From assembly GCF_902713615.1 (NCBI RefSeq), contig NC_052157.1, positions 84,323,411-84,387,410 of the forward strand: a stretch of DNA of 64,000 bases. Reading direction: 5' to 3'. Shown piece by piece: positions 35,684 to 47,832 of the stretch. Source of the stretch: Scyliorhinus canicula. Taxonomy: Eukaryota. The notes under the pieces were generated by a model that saw only the letters and a program-made list of their open reading frames with translations, was not told where the DNA came from and searched no databases. Every line of letters starts with the position of its first letter. The first letter of the stretch is position 1. A program made the position numbers and the translations under genes.

Positions 35684-38600
35684 AGATGGGTTACCGTCAG
35701 GGGAGGGAGAGGGAACCGGCAGGCAGTGCAGGGATCCCCTGTGGTCGTTCCCCTCTATAACAAGTATACCGTTTTGGATACTGTTGCGGGGGACGACACA
35801 CCAGGAGTAAGCAATAGGGCACAGGTCTCTGGCACAGAGTCTGTCCCTGTTGCTCAAAAGGGAAGGGAGAAGAGGAACAGAGCACTTGTCATTGGGGACT
35901 CCATAGTTAGAGGAACAGACAGGAGGTTCTGTGGGAACGAAAGAGACTCACGGTTGGTGTGTTGCCTCCCAGGTGCCAGGGTACGTGATGTCTCTGATCG
36001 TGTTTTTGGGATCCTTAAGGGGGAGGGGGAGCAGCCCCAAGTCGTGGTCCACATAGGTACCAACGACATAGATAGGAAGAGAGATGGGGATTTGAGACAG
36101 AAATTCAGGGAGCTAGGGTGGAAGCTGAGAGCTAGAACAAACAGAGTTGTTATCTCTGGGTTTTTACCCGTGCCACGTGCTAGCGAAGTGAGAAATAAAG
36201 AGAGAGAGGAGTTGAACACGTGGCTACAGGGATGGTGCAGGAGGGAGGGTTTTTGTTTCCTGGATAATTGGGGCTCATTCTGGGGTAGGTGGGACCTCTA
36301 CAAACAGGATGGTCTTCGCCTGAACCAGAGGGGTACCAATATCCTGGGGGGGGGGAGATTTGCTAGTGCTCTTCGGGGGGGGGGGGTTTAAACTAATTCA
36401 GCAGGGGGATGGGAACCTAAATTGTAGTCCCAGTGTACAGGATGTTGAGAGTAGTGAGGTAAGGGATAGGGGGATAGGGTTAAAAGTTCGAAAGAGGGCA
36501 CCGGCAAGCAGGACGCTGTTTTGAAGTGTGTTTACTTCAACGCCAGGAGCATCCGGAATAAGGTGGGTGAGCTTGCAGCATGGGTTGGTACCTGGGATCT
36601 CGATGTCGTGGCGATATCGGAGACATGGGTAGAGCAGGGACAGGAATGGTTGTTGCAGGTTCCAGGATTTAGATGTTTCTGTAAGAACAGGGAAGAGGGT
36701 AAAAGAGAGGGGGGCGGGGTGTGGCATTGTTAATCAAGGAAAGTGTTACGGCGGTAGAAAGGACGCTTGAGGACTCGTCTACTGAGGCAGTATGGGCCGA
36801 GGTTAGGAACAGTAGAGGAGAGGTCACCCTGTTGGGAGTTGTCTATAGACCTCCGAATAGTTCCAGAGATGTAGAGGAAAGGATTGCAAAGATGATTCTT
36901 TACAGGAGCGAGAGTAATAGGGTAGTTGTTATGGGGGACTTTAACTTTCCAAATATTGATTGGAAATACAATAGTTCGAGTACTATAAATGGGTCAGTTT
37001 TTGTGCAGTGTGTGCAGGAGGGTTTTCTGACACAGTATGTAGACAGGCCAACAAGGGGCGAGGCCACATTGGATTTGGTACAGGGTAATGAACCCGGCCA
37101 GGTGTTAGATTTAGATGTAGGTGAGCACTTTGGTGATAGTGATCACAACTCGGTTATGTTTACTTTAGCAATGGGCAGGGATAGGTATACACCGCATGGC
37201 AAGATTTATAGCTGGGGGAAAAGCAATTATGATGCTATTCGGCAAGATTTAGGATGTATAGGATGGGGAAGGAGACTGCAGGGGATGGATACAATCGAAA
37301 TGTGGAGCTTTTTCAAGGAACAGCTACTGCGTGTTCTTGATAAGTATGTACCTGTCAGGTAGGGAGGAAGTTGTCGAGCAAGGGAACCGTGGTTTACTAA
37401 GGACGTTGAAGCACTTGTCAAGAGGAAGAAGAAGGCTTATGTTAGGATGAGACATGAAGGCTCAGTTAGTGCACTTGAGAGTTACAAGTTAGCCAGGAAG
37501 GACCTAAAGGGAGAGTTAAGAAGAGCGAGGAGAGGACACGAAAAGTCGCTGGCGGATAGGATCAAGGAAAACCCTAAGGCTTTCTATAGGTATAGCAGAA
37601 ACAAAAGAATGACTAGAGTAAGATTTGGGCCAATCAAGGATAGTAGTGGAAAGTTGTGTGTGGAATCAGAGGAGATAGGGGAAGCATTAAATGGATATTT
37701 TTCGTCAGTGTTTACACTGGAGAAAGACAATGTTGTCGAGGAGAACACTCAGGTTCAGTCGACCAGGCTAGATGGAATTGAGGTTCAAAAGGAGGAGGTG
37801 TTAGCAATTTTAGAAAATGTCAAAATAGATAAGTCCCCTGGGCCAGATGGGATTTATCCTAGGATTCTCTGGGAAGCCAGGGAGGAGATTGAAGAGCCTT
37901 TGTCCTTGATCTTTATGTCGTCTTTGTCGACAGGAATAGTGCCGGAAGACTGGAGGATAGCAAATGTTGTCCCCTTGTTCAAGAAGGGGAGTAGAGACAA
38001 CCCTGGTAATTATAGACCTGTGAGCCTTACTTCGGTTGTGGGTAAAATGTTGGAAAAGGTTATAAGAGATAGGATTTATAATCATCTTGAAAAGAACAAG
38101 TTGATTAGCGATACTCAACACGGTTTTGTGAAGGGTAGGTCATGTCTCACAAACCTTATTGAGTTTTTTGAGAAGGTGACCACACAGGTGGATGAGGGTA
38201 AAGCGGTTGATGTGGTGTATATGGATTTCAGTAAGGCGTTTGATAAGGTTCCCCACGGTAGGCTATTGAATAAAATAAGGAAGTATTGAATTGAAGGTGA
38301 TTTAGCGGTTTGGATCAGTAATTGGCTAGCTGAAAGAAGACAGAGGGTGGTGGTTGATGGCAAATGTTCATCCTGGAGTTCAGTTACTAGTGGTGTACCG
38401 CAAGGATCTGTTTTGGGGCCAGTGCTGTTTGTCATTTTTATAAATGACCTGGAAGAGGGTGTAGAAGGATGGGTTAGTAAATTTGCAGATGACACGAAGG
38501 TCGGTGGAGTTGTGGATAGTGCTGAAGGATGTTATAGGATACAGAGGGACATAGATAAACTGCAGAGCTTGGCTGAGAGGTGGCAGATGGAGTTTAATGC

Positions 38601-39371
38601 GGAAAAGTGTGAGGTGGTTCAGTTTGGAAGGAGTAACAGGAATGCAGAGTACTGGGCTAATGTCAATATTCTTGGTAGTGTAGATGAACAGAGATATCTC
38701 GGCATCCAGGTACATAAATCCCTGAAAGTTGCCACCCAGGTTAATAGGGCTGTTAAGAAGGCATATGGTGTGCTAGCCTTTATAAGCAGGGGGATTGAGT
38801 TTCGGAACCACAAGGTCATGCTGCAGCTGTACATAACTCTGGTGCGGCCGCACCTGGAGTACTGCGTGCAGTTCTGGTCACCACATTATAGGAAGGATGT
38901 GGAAGCTTTGGAAATTGTTCAGAGGAGATTTACTAGGATGTTGCCTGGTATGGAGAGAAGGTCTTACGAGGAAAGGCTTAGGGAATTGAGGTTGTTTTCG
39001 TTAGAGAGGAGAAGGCTGAGAGGTGACTTAATAGAGACATATAAGATAGTCAGAGGGTTAGATAGGGTGGACAGTGAGAGTCTTTTTCTTTGGATGGTGA
39101 TGACCAACACGAGGGGACATAGCTTTAAATTGAGGGGTGATAGATATAGGACAGATGTCAGAGGCAGTTTCTTTAGTCAGAGAGTAGTAGGGGTGTGGAA
39201 CGCCCTGCCTGCAACAGTAGTAGACTCGCCAACTTTAAGGGCATTTAAGTGGTCACTGGATAGACATATGGATGAAAATGGAATAGTGTAGGTCAGATAG
39301 GCTTCAGATGGTTTCACAGGTCGGCGCAACATCGTACTGCGCTGTAGTGTTCTATGTTCTATGTTCTATGT
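35684..39371 (+). mobile_element. HER1-type CR1 LINE (sister subfamily), 5'-truncated in ORF1
   Basis: Esterase VIGDSIVRG/VHIGTND/DGLRLN, APE, and RT KFADDTK over several frames; (GTTCTAT)n tail. Confidence 0.95.
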
Positions 39372-40399
39372 AGATCAGCTTTTTTCTGTGTGCAAGGTGG
39401 GTGCATTTTATTTCTTGCAGCTATCCATTCAACAATACCTACAGCTGACGATGACCGCAGGTCGCTGCTTTCCAGGTCTCGCACTCCGTGGTCGAAAGCT
39501 TGCATTTAATCCAATCGCCTGCATTGGAAGCGGTAACATTTTTTGAAATTGCATTATCTCATGAAAGAATCATGATTTTCTGCCAGCTTCGAAATCGGAA
39601 CCAGTATGCAAAGCGCACCTGCATTTTAATCAGCAGACACATGGGTTCCGTGTACCAATTAATTAATTACGTTGAGGGATTTCCTAAAATGCAGAGAAAG
39701 GGCATCATTTCGAAATGAGAAATAACTAAAGTTTCAAGGCGGACATGAGTGTATTGTTTTCTCAGTCTATTCTAACCATCTGACCAATTTGCAGTTACAC
39801 CTCAATAACATTTTCTCCGAAATCTTGTCACTTATTTTGCATATCTGGGACTATAATCAGTTTTACAAAGTCGTCGCGTCGCGCTGCACAGCAGATTGGC
39901 GATTGACATGAATCACTCAGTGAATTTCCATTACATAAGTCTTCCATTCATTCAATAGAATACAGTAAGCCATTCCCACGAAATAAACTTGGAAATATCA
40001 AAATGACCATCATAGAGATAATTGTTCATGAACACTAAATATAATTGTCTGTAAAGACTGAATATATCAGTATTATATGCAGAAAAACTCTTTTCCGTAG
40101 TCTCTACAGTGCAAATAAACGGCTTTCGTCCAGCGAGTCTGTTCCGATCCTCTGGAAGAGTATCAGAGAGGCCGCTTCCCATCCCGCTGACACAGCATGA
40201 TCTGCAAGTCCTGGAAACAAAGGGACAATATTATCATTACCAAACCACGTGACCTGTACAGTTGACGGCTGTGGGCGGCAATCTGAGCCCCGCAGGAAAA
40301 ACTGGCAGAAATGGGGAAAAAGTGCAAACTGCGCGCAGACTGGTTTCACAAATCCTCAATTGAGCACGTCTCCCTGGCGCTTTTTAGTTACTGCATGAG

Positions 40400-41680
40400 C
40401 ATCTAACCAGCAGTGTCGAAAATTGGCCAGCGACGTCCTGTCCACGAAAGTGATGACTAATCTACCGCGCCCAATTAACGCTCTACAGGTCTACTCGAAA
40501 TGAGCACTGAAGTGGCAGAACGGCGTAATAACGCTGCAATCAAGCGACAGTTACTTACAAATAGCCTTCACACAGGCGGCGAGTTTGGGTGCCAGAAGGA
40601 TCATTGAGCTTCAGACCAAATTGCAGCCTGGGTCGAAACATGGACAAAGGAGCTCAACTCCACTGGAGAGTGACTGCCGAAGACATCAAAGTAGCATTCA
40701 ACGAGTGTGGTGTTAATGAGCCCAAACAATGGGACTAGGTTGAAAATCTCTCCACTGGTTACACTCATATGTAACACAAATTAACATGATTGTTCTGGTT
40801 GTCGGATGTCATCTGATTCTCTCGGTAACACAGCAAGGATTCCACAGCGTAGTTTGCAAAGGCATACATGCTCCAGCTGCTGTGTCAGTGGCCTTCCATC
40901 CATCAAAATGTACAATTTGAGGAGACTCACTGATGATAGGACGATGTGCATTACCAAACGCTGCTCGTTCGACACTGAAGCAGTCCACGTCCATATGCAG
41001 CAACTCTATCCAGGCATGGACTTCAAATGGCAAGTAACATGCACTACATAAGTGCACATTGATCATCTTAATTAAGAGTGAATCAAACATTGACATACCC
41101 TAGCTTTACCATCACCAACATCCTGAGGGTTACTATTAACCATAATCTAAAGTGGACATACCACAAAAGGGGAGAGACAACAACAGGCGATCAGAGGTTA
41201 GGAATCCCACGGCAATTAACTCACCACTTCCTTGAGCAAAGGAGAATGCAGAAGCCAGCAGTGTGACGGAATGCTCTCAAATTTACCGAATGAGTGTAGC
41301 TCCACGAAGACAAGATGCTTGAAAACATGCAGGACTTGGTAAACCGCTTTAATTGTCACTACTTCCACGAACTTTCGCTCCCTCCACCATCGACGCGCAA
41401 TAGCTGCAGAGTGTAACACGTGGAAGATGTATTCGGGAACTCAGAAATGCTCCTGATTCGGCCACTTAGAAACCCAGGACGATTACCGTCCAGAAGGACA
41501 AGCATAGCAGATGCATTGGAACGTCGCCACGTCGAAGCTACCCTGAAAGTAACTCACTATACTCACTTAAAATTATATTGCCCGCTCGTCACAGTTGCAG
41601 GGTGAGTATCCTCTCTAGTCGTACATTTGGTGTAACCAAACCACATTGGTGGAAAACGCGGACAACGACCATCATTGAAC
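40400..41680 (+). mobile_element. Decayed L2/CR1-group LINE RT region
   Basis: ETWTKELN..RVTAEDIKVAFNE(V)W (40635-40710), GIPQRS (40837), TDD (40929). Confidence 0.6.
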
Positions 41681-41885
41681 CCAAAAGTGTAATGTTAAAT
41701 AAGGATAAAGGAATTGGATCGTGAAGCTTGATTGGAAAGTTAGGGATAAACGTATCAGTGCAGGAATGGATTTTATGGGGGCATACAGAAGGGTGAATTC
41801 AAGCACCAAAAAAACAATACTTATGTTATGAAACATTCAGATAAGACTCACTCTCTATCTCAAGGAAAGCCTCGAATGTGATCTT

Positions 41886-42111
41886 TTTTTTTTTAAATTT
41901 AGAATACCCAATTCATTTTTCCAATTAAGGGGCAATTTAGTGCGGCCAATCCACCTACTCTGCACATCTTTGGGTTGTGGGGGCGAAACCCACGCAAACA
42001 CGGGGAGAATGTGCAAACTCCACACAGACAGTGACCCAGAACCGGGATTCGAACCTGGGACCTCGGTGCCATGAGGCAACAGGGCTAACCCACTGCGCCA
42101 CCGTGCTGCCC
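41886..42111 (-). mobile_element. Poly(A)-tailed V-SINE with a 12-bp TSD
   Basis: TSD GAATGTGATCTT at 41874-41885 / 42112-42123; T-run at 41884-41894. Confidence 0.93.
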
Positions 42112-42548
42112 GAATGTGATCTTGAGCTTAAACTTGAAGCGCAGTGGAATTTTCAAATTTTGTCCCGTATAACATTCAGAAGTACCGAGTATATACGAAC
42201 GATTACTTAGGATTAACCGTCGTATGTGCAGACCTGAATTTCAAAGCTCATCATCGTGTATGTAACCAAGCCCCGTCTATTCGGACGTATTTCTTATTCA
42301 AGCCGTGAATCTTGTAAGTTATGTAATTGTTCAAATAAACACATAGCTCTAGTCCTGTTGTAGACATAGAGAACTCATAGATGCTGAATTTAAATCTGAC
42401 AACGAATATTTAATTACATGCAGAATCACATTGTGCGGCTAGCAGAGACACAACGATGGTCATCAATTGCTGGCGTATGGAGCGACGCTCACCTCCTGAA
42501 AGAAAAATGAGAAGAAAGCAAGATAGAAATGCACCGTGTAAATGCCTG

Positions 42549-42736
42549 GAAATGAAATGAAATGAAAATCGCTTATTGTCACGAGTCGGCTTCAATTAAG
42601 TTACTGTGAAAAGCCCCTCGTCGCCACATTCCGGCGCCTGTTCGGGGAGCCTGGTACGGGAATCGAAACGTGCTGCTGGCCTGCCTTGGTCTGCTTTAAA
42701 ATCCAGCGATTTAGCCCAGTGAGCTAAACCAGCCCC
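42549..42736 (-). mobile_element. Short tRNA-derived SINE with a (CATTT)n tail and no V core
   Basis: Reverse complement GGGGCTGGTTTAGCTCACTGG..TTCGATTCC..GTGACAATAAGCGATTTT(CATTT)3. Confidence 0.8.
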
Positions 42737-43649
42737 AATGACATGATTATAAACAATTTTAATCGACAAAAATTATGTCAGCGAGCACTCCCACATCTGA
42801 ACATGGAAAGTCAACGAGGTTATGTGGATACCTACCTTGATGACACTTTAAGAGCTCTGTTCAATAAACGAAAGCCCATATAATGTAATGTAACATGGCT
42901 TATTCCAGGCAAACATAGGGTGGAAGGCATATTGGAAACAGGAAATTGATATTTTGCATGGAATGTTGTAGTTATGTGGCCTGACACATTTAATGGTCGT
43001 AACCAGCTTTGTACATCTGCTAATATTGTTCGATTACAAGCTTAGAAATAGAGCGACAAAGTAACAAAAATACACCTCCGATTGAGGACTAATTTCATCT
43101 AAATGCTGTGAATTGTTAAAACGTGCCTCGAAGCTTAACATCTGAGTTGGCAAAACACATTCAACTCCTTTGCAGCACTGCCAAGAAAAAAAATACACAA
43201 CACTAAACATTCCTGAAACCAACGTGGTTGCAATTAAACAGGACATTTGAAAAAAGGTGCGAATATTTAAAAGCATAGTCAACTATATGTACTTTTATTA
43301 GTTTAGGAGGCGTGCCAGTCGGTGGACGATCATTACCTCCACCAACATAGGACGTTCGTAGCAATGCGTTCCAGCAAAATCCTGAACTGCAGGAGATCAC
43401 AAAGGCAACTCCGCAGATACAATCATCCCAAGTCCGCTGCAGTGGAGGAGGGCCAGGGCAACATTCATTTGGAAACACGTGCACCCAACAAGGAAGTTTC
43501 CTGAAGTGCAAAATATTATCGCAGTCTGTATGATGTATTTTTGTGAAAAACGTCAAAATTTCTCCGTTAACTACTGGGTCATAAACGTTTCTGGGATTGT
43601 GCATTTTCAGTCGACAGCTCAGCACAAATGATCAACTGCATTTCTTTCA

Positions 43650-43852
43650 ATATAAATTTAGAGAACCCAATTATGTTTTACGAATTAAGGTGCATTTCAA
43701 CGTCCCTAATCCACCTATCTTGCCGCATATTTGGGTTGTGGGGGTGAAACCCACGCAGGCACGGGGAAAACGTGCAAACTCCTCATGACAGTGAGGATTC
43801 GAACCCAGGTTCTCAGCACCCTGAACAACAATGCTAACCACTGTGCCACCGT
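43650..43852 (-). mobile_element. Decayed poly(A)-type V-SINE
   Basis: AAATTTAGAGAACCCAATT..TTCGAACC..GCTAACCACTGTGCCACCGT. Confidence 0.75.
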
Positions 43853-44049
43853 AGGATCCACTATGAGCAGAGTTTGGCAATGCAATCTGGCAGAATCAGC
43901 GCTGCCCACATTTAGACATTGAATGCACGTCCAATGGGATAAATATTGCGAAACCTATTTGCTATTTTCTATTTCCACAACATACTTCTTAATGCAATTC
44001 AGAAATTCTCAGTCATCTCAATCTCGCTTTCCCCCCATTTTTTCTAATA

Positions 44050-44263
44050 AATGTAAAGTGCCCAATACTTTTTATTCAATTAAAGGGCAAGTTAACATGG
44101 CCAAGCCACCTACTTTGCATATGCTTGGGCTGTGGGATGAGAACCAGGAAGACACGGAGGGGCGGGCGGGTAGGCAAACTCCACAGGGACAGTGACCCGG
44201 TTCCGTGACCTCACCCGCGTCCTCGGCACCGTGAGGCAGCAGTGCTAACCACTGTGCCACCCC
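44050..44263 (-). mobile_element. Decayed poly(A)-type V-SINE
   Basis: CAATTAAAGGGCAA..CAGTGACCC..GCTAACCACTGTGCCAC. Confidence 0.7.
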
Positions 44264-44633
44264 AATATGGATACTTTTATTCAACTTCACGAACAGGCTT
44301 GCTTCTATTTCATAGTGTATTGTCTCCAGTTTCTAAAATTTGAAAATTACACTGCGCTTCAAGTGCAAAAGAAAAATGTGTCCTCAGTTTCTATGGCTTC
44401 TTGAAAAAAAGCATATTTCCCCAGTCAGCCACACTTCCATCGTTTGGTCCTTTCTATGTGATTCAATTGAGACACAATCAATGTTTTGTCGGACAAGGCA
44501 AATATGAGTATATCAGGAATCCTGTATGGAAGGCTAGAATATTAGGTTTCCATCAATTGAACAGTGAGCTTTCGCAACAATATGTCACTAGTCACTTTCT
44601 CTTGCTCAACATGCAGTCTGCAGCTGTGCACTA

Positions 44634-46772
44634 AACATAGAACACAGAGAAATACAGCACAGAACAGGCACTTCGGCCCACGAAGTTGTGCCGAACTTTT
44701 GTCATAGGTTAATCATAGATCATAGATTCTGGACACTAAGTGCAATATATCATTGCCAATCCACCCAAGCTGCACATCGTTGGACTGTGGGAGGAAACCG
44801 GAGCACCCGGAGGAAACCCACGCGCACACGGGTAGGATGTGCAGACTCAACACAGACAGTGACCCAAGCCGGAATAGAACCTGGGACCCTGGAGCTGTGA
44901 AGCAATTGTGCTATCCACAATGCTACCGTGCTACCCTTATGAACAAATTAATCTACACTCCATTATTCTACCATAATCCATGTACCTACCCAATAGCCGC
45001 TTGAAGGTCTCCCACGTTTCAGACTCAACTACTTCCACAGACAGTGCATTCCATGCCCCCAGTACTGTCTGGCTAAATAACCTTCCCCTGACATCCCCCG
45101 ATATCTTCCACCATTCAGTTTAAATTCATGGCCCCTTGAAATGGTTTGTTCCACCCGGGGAAAAAGTCGCTGACTGTGTACTATTTCTATTACCCAGAAC
45201 ATCTTGTAAACCACTTATCAAGTCGCCCCTCATCCTTCTCCGTTCTAATGAGAAAAGGCCTAGCACCTTCAACCTTTCCTCGGAAGATCTATTCTGCATT
45301 CTAGGCAACATCCTGGTAAATCTCATATGCTCCTTTTCCAAAGCTTCTACATCCTTCCTAAGATGAGGTGGCCAGAACTGCACACATCACTCCAAATGTG
45401 GCCTTAGCAAGGTTTTGTACAGCTGCATCATCACCTCACGGCTCTTAAATTCAACCCTTCTACTAATGAACGCTAGCACACCATAGACCTTCTTCACAGC
45501 TCTATCCACCTGAGTGGCAACTTTCAACAATCTATGAATATAGACCCCAAGATCTCTCTGCTCCTCTACATTGCCAAAACAACTACCATTAACAATGTAT
45601 TCCGCATTCATATTTGTCCTTACAAACTGGACAACCTCACAGTTGTCAGGGTTAAACCCCATCTGCCACTTCTCAGCCCAGCTCTGCATCCCATCTATGT
45701 CTCTTTGCAGCTGATAACAGCCCTCCTCACTATGCACAGCTCCACCAATTTTTGTATCATCCACAAAATTTACTGACCAACCCTTCAACTCACTCATCCA
45801 AGTCGTTAATGAAAATCACAAACAGCAGATGACCCAGAACTGGCCCCTGCATTACGCCATTGGTAACAAGGCTCCAGGTTGAATAGTTGCCTTCCACTGC
45901 CACTCTCTGACAACTATTGGTAAGCCAGACCGTTACCCACTGGCCAAGTTTTCCACTATCCCATGCCTCCTTACTTTCTACATAAGCCCACCATGGGGAA
46001 CCTGATCAATTGCCTTACTAGAATCAATGTACACTACATCCACTGCTTTACCTTCATCCACATGCTTGATCACATCCTCAAAGAATTCAATAACATTGTA
46101 AGGCAAGACGTACCCCTCACAAATTCGTGCTAACTATCCCTAATCAAGCAGTGTCTTGACAGACGCTCAGGAATCCTATCCCTCAGTACCCTTTCCATTA
46201 CTTTGCCTACCACCGAAGTAAGAGTAACTGGCCTTTAATTCTCAGGATTATCCCTATTCCCTTTTTTGAACAGGGGCACGACATTCACCACTCACCAATC
46301 CCCTAGTACCACCCCTGTTGACAGTGAGGACGAAAAGATCATTGTCAACGGCTCTGCAATTTCATATCTTGCTGCCTATAGAATTCTTGGATATATCCCG
46401 TCAGGCCCGGGGGACTTGTCTATCCTCAGGTTTTTCAAAACGCCAACACATCTTCCTTCCTAACAAGTATGTCATCGAGCTTACCAGTCTGTTTTACACT
46501 GTCCTCTCCAACAACATGGCCCCTCTCGTTTGTAAATACTGAAGAAAAGTACTCGTTCAAAACCTCTCCTACATCTTCAGACTCAATACACAATCTCCCG
46601 CTACTTTCCTTGATCGGACCTACCCTCGCTCTTGTTATTCTCATATTTCTTTCATTTGTGTAAAAAGCCTTGGGGTTTTCCTTGATCCTACCCGCCAAAG
46701 ATTTTTCATGCCCTCTCTTAGCTCTTCTACTCCCTTTCTTCAGTTCCCTCCTGGCTTCTTGTATCCCTCCAG
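44634..46772 (-). mobile_element. HER1-type LINE, 5'-truncated, with a SINE embedded in its 3' UTR
   Basis: ORF2 pieces (IKENPKAFY, FVDDTKIGG, RPHLE); LINE tail at 44634-44711. Confidence 0.9.
44712..44936 (-). mobile_element. Shortened type-B V-SINE inside a LINE 3' UTR, same orientation
   Basis: Head matches 18808-18847 (..TGTGCTATCCAC.ATGCTACCGTG); short own tail (CTATGAT)2; TTA on both sides. Confidence 0.85.
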
Positions 46773-47832
46773 AAATTACAATCTATTTACAGGCAGACCT
46801 TATACTTAACCTTTCATTTGTGAGCTACAATTCCTCAGAATGAAGTCAACAATAATTGATCATAGTTGCACATAAAAGCGCGCTTTCTTCCTCCACTTAA
46901 TTACTTTGCACATATTTGCTCCTGCCTTCGATCCGGGAACCATGACATTTTTATCTCAGAATGTCCTTTCTAATAATTTGGAACACTGGCGACTTAAACC
47001 CGCTTCAGATGATATCCTCTCCAACAATTCGATTCACTAAAGTAGAAAGTCTCAGGTGCCAGCTGCGTGATGTGATAATCATACGTCCCGATCCGATGAC
47101 TGCCGGGAAGTAAGTATCCCGGTCTGGGTGTGGTCCGCGTGCAGGCATCCTTCGAGGAGCAGGAGATGGAAAATAGTAAGGATAATATATCGAAACGTAC
47201 CCTCAGGCATTGATGCCTAACGATCGCTTATCTGAGACTTTACACTGGCGGCAAGAATCCAGTGGCACTTTATTTAATCTGGATAACATGGTTGGGGGAA
47301 AAAGACAGATGGTTGTGCTGCTCGCCGTTTGCGGTGATGAGATTTGCAGCAGAATCAGAAGTTTAGCTTTTTGTTGACTCACCTCAGACCCGAAGCTTGT
47401 GGAGCGCATTACTCTGGACAGCAGCCATGTTGAGACAAATCAACCCCTAATTTTTCACCGTTTCGGTTTACACAGGGCATCGTAACACTTGTCTGAACTT
47501 CTAACTGAATTGCAGAACGATTTGCAAAAACTTAATTTTTCCTACAGAGGGACACTTCACATTCAGCTCAACAGAGACCACTGATGAATGCGCTGGCATC
47601 AGAGGGAGTCGGGGTGATGTTGGTGTTGGGAAGGGGGGGTTTTAACAGAAAGATATTGCATGAAACCGCCTCCACCTCTCCGATGACCAGCCCAGACGGT
47701 GGGACACATTTCGTCGATGACAAGCCGGAGGGACCTAAAACCCTTTACTGAATTTCGGCGGAACTGGTGTCGCTTAACCAAGTGATGGTCCGCATCAATG
47801 GTTTCCAGTATTGACGGAGTATGATACCGGAG

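Larger units (their letters stand above)
42836..47541 (-). pseudogene. Best-supported exon cluster of the pseudogene
   Basis: Seven consecutive segments chain in phase (0-0, 0-0, 0-1, 1-2, 2-0, 0-0, 0-1). 43500-43293 (KLPCWVHVFPNECCPGPPPLQRTWDDC..) and 43177-43076 (CCKGVECVLPTQMLSFEARF..) are stop-free. Donors include AG|GTGAGT (47383) and AG|GTAGGT (42836). Confidence 0.6.

Noticed and set aside
42493-42495. 3-nt micro-exon (TTTCAG|GAG|GTGAGC)
   Set aside because: The longer reading GGERRSIRQQLMTIVVSLLAAQ fits the phase of the preceding exon better; it cannot be resolved without RNA data.
27896-47541. Stop-codon recoding or selenoprotein explanation for the in-frame stops in the exon chain
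   Set aside because: All three stop types occur at scattered positions; ordinary decay is simpler.
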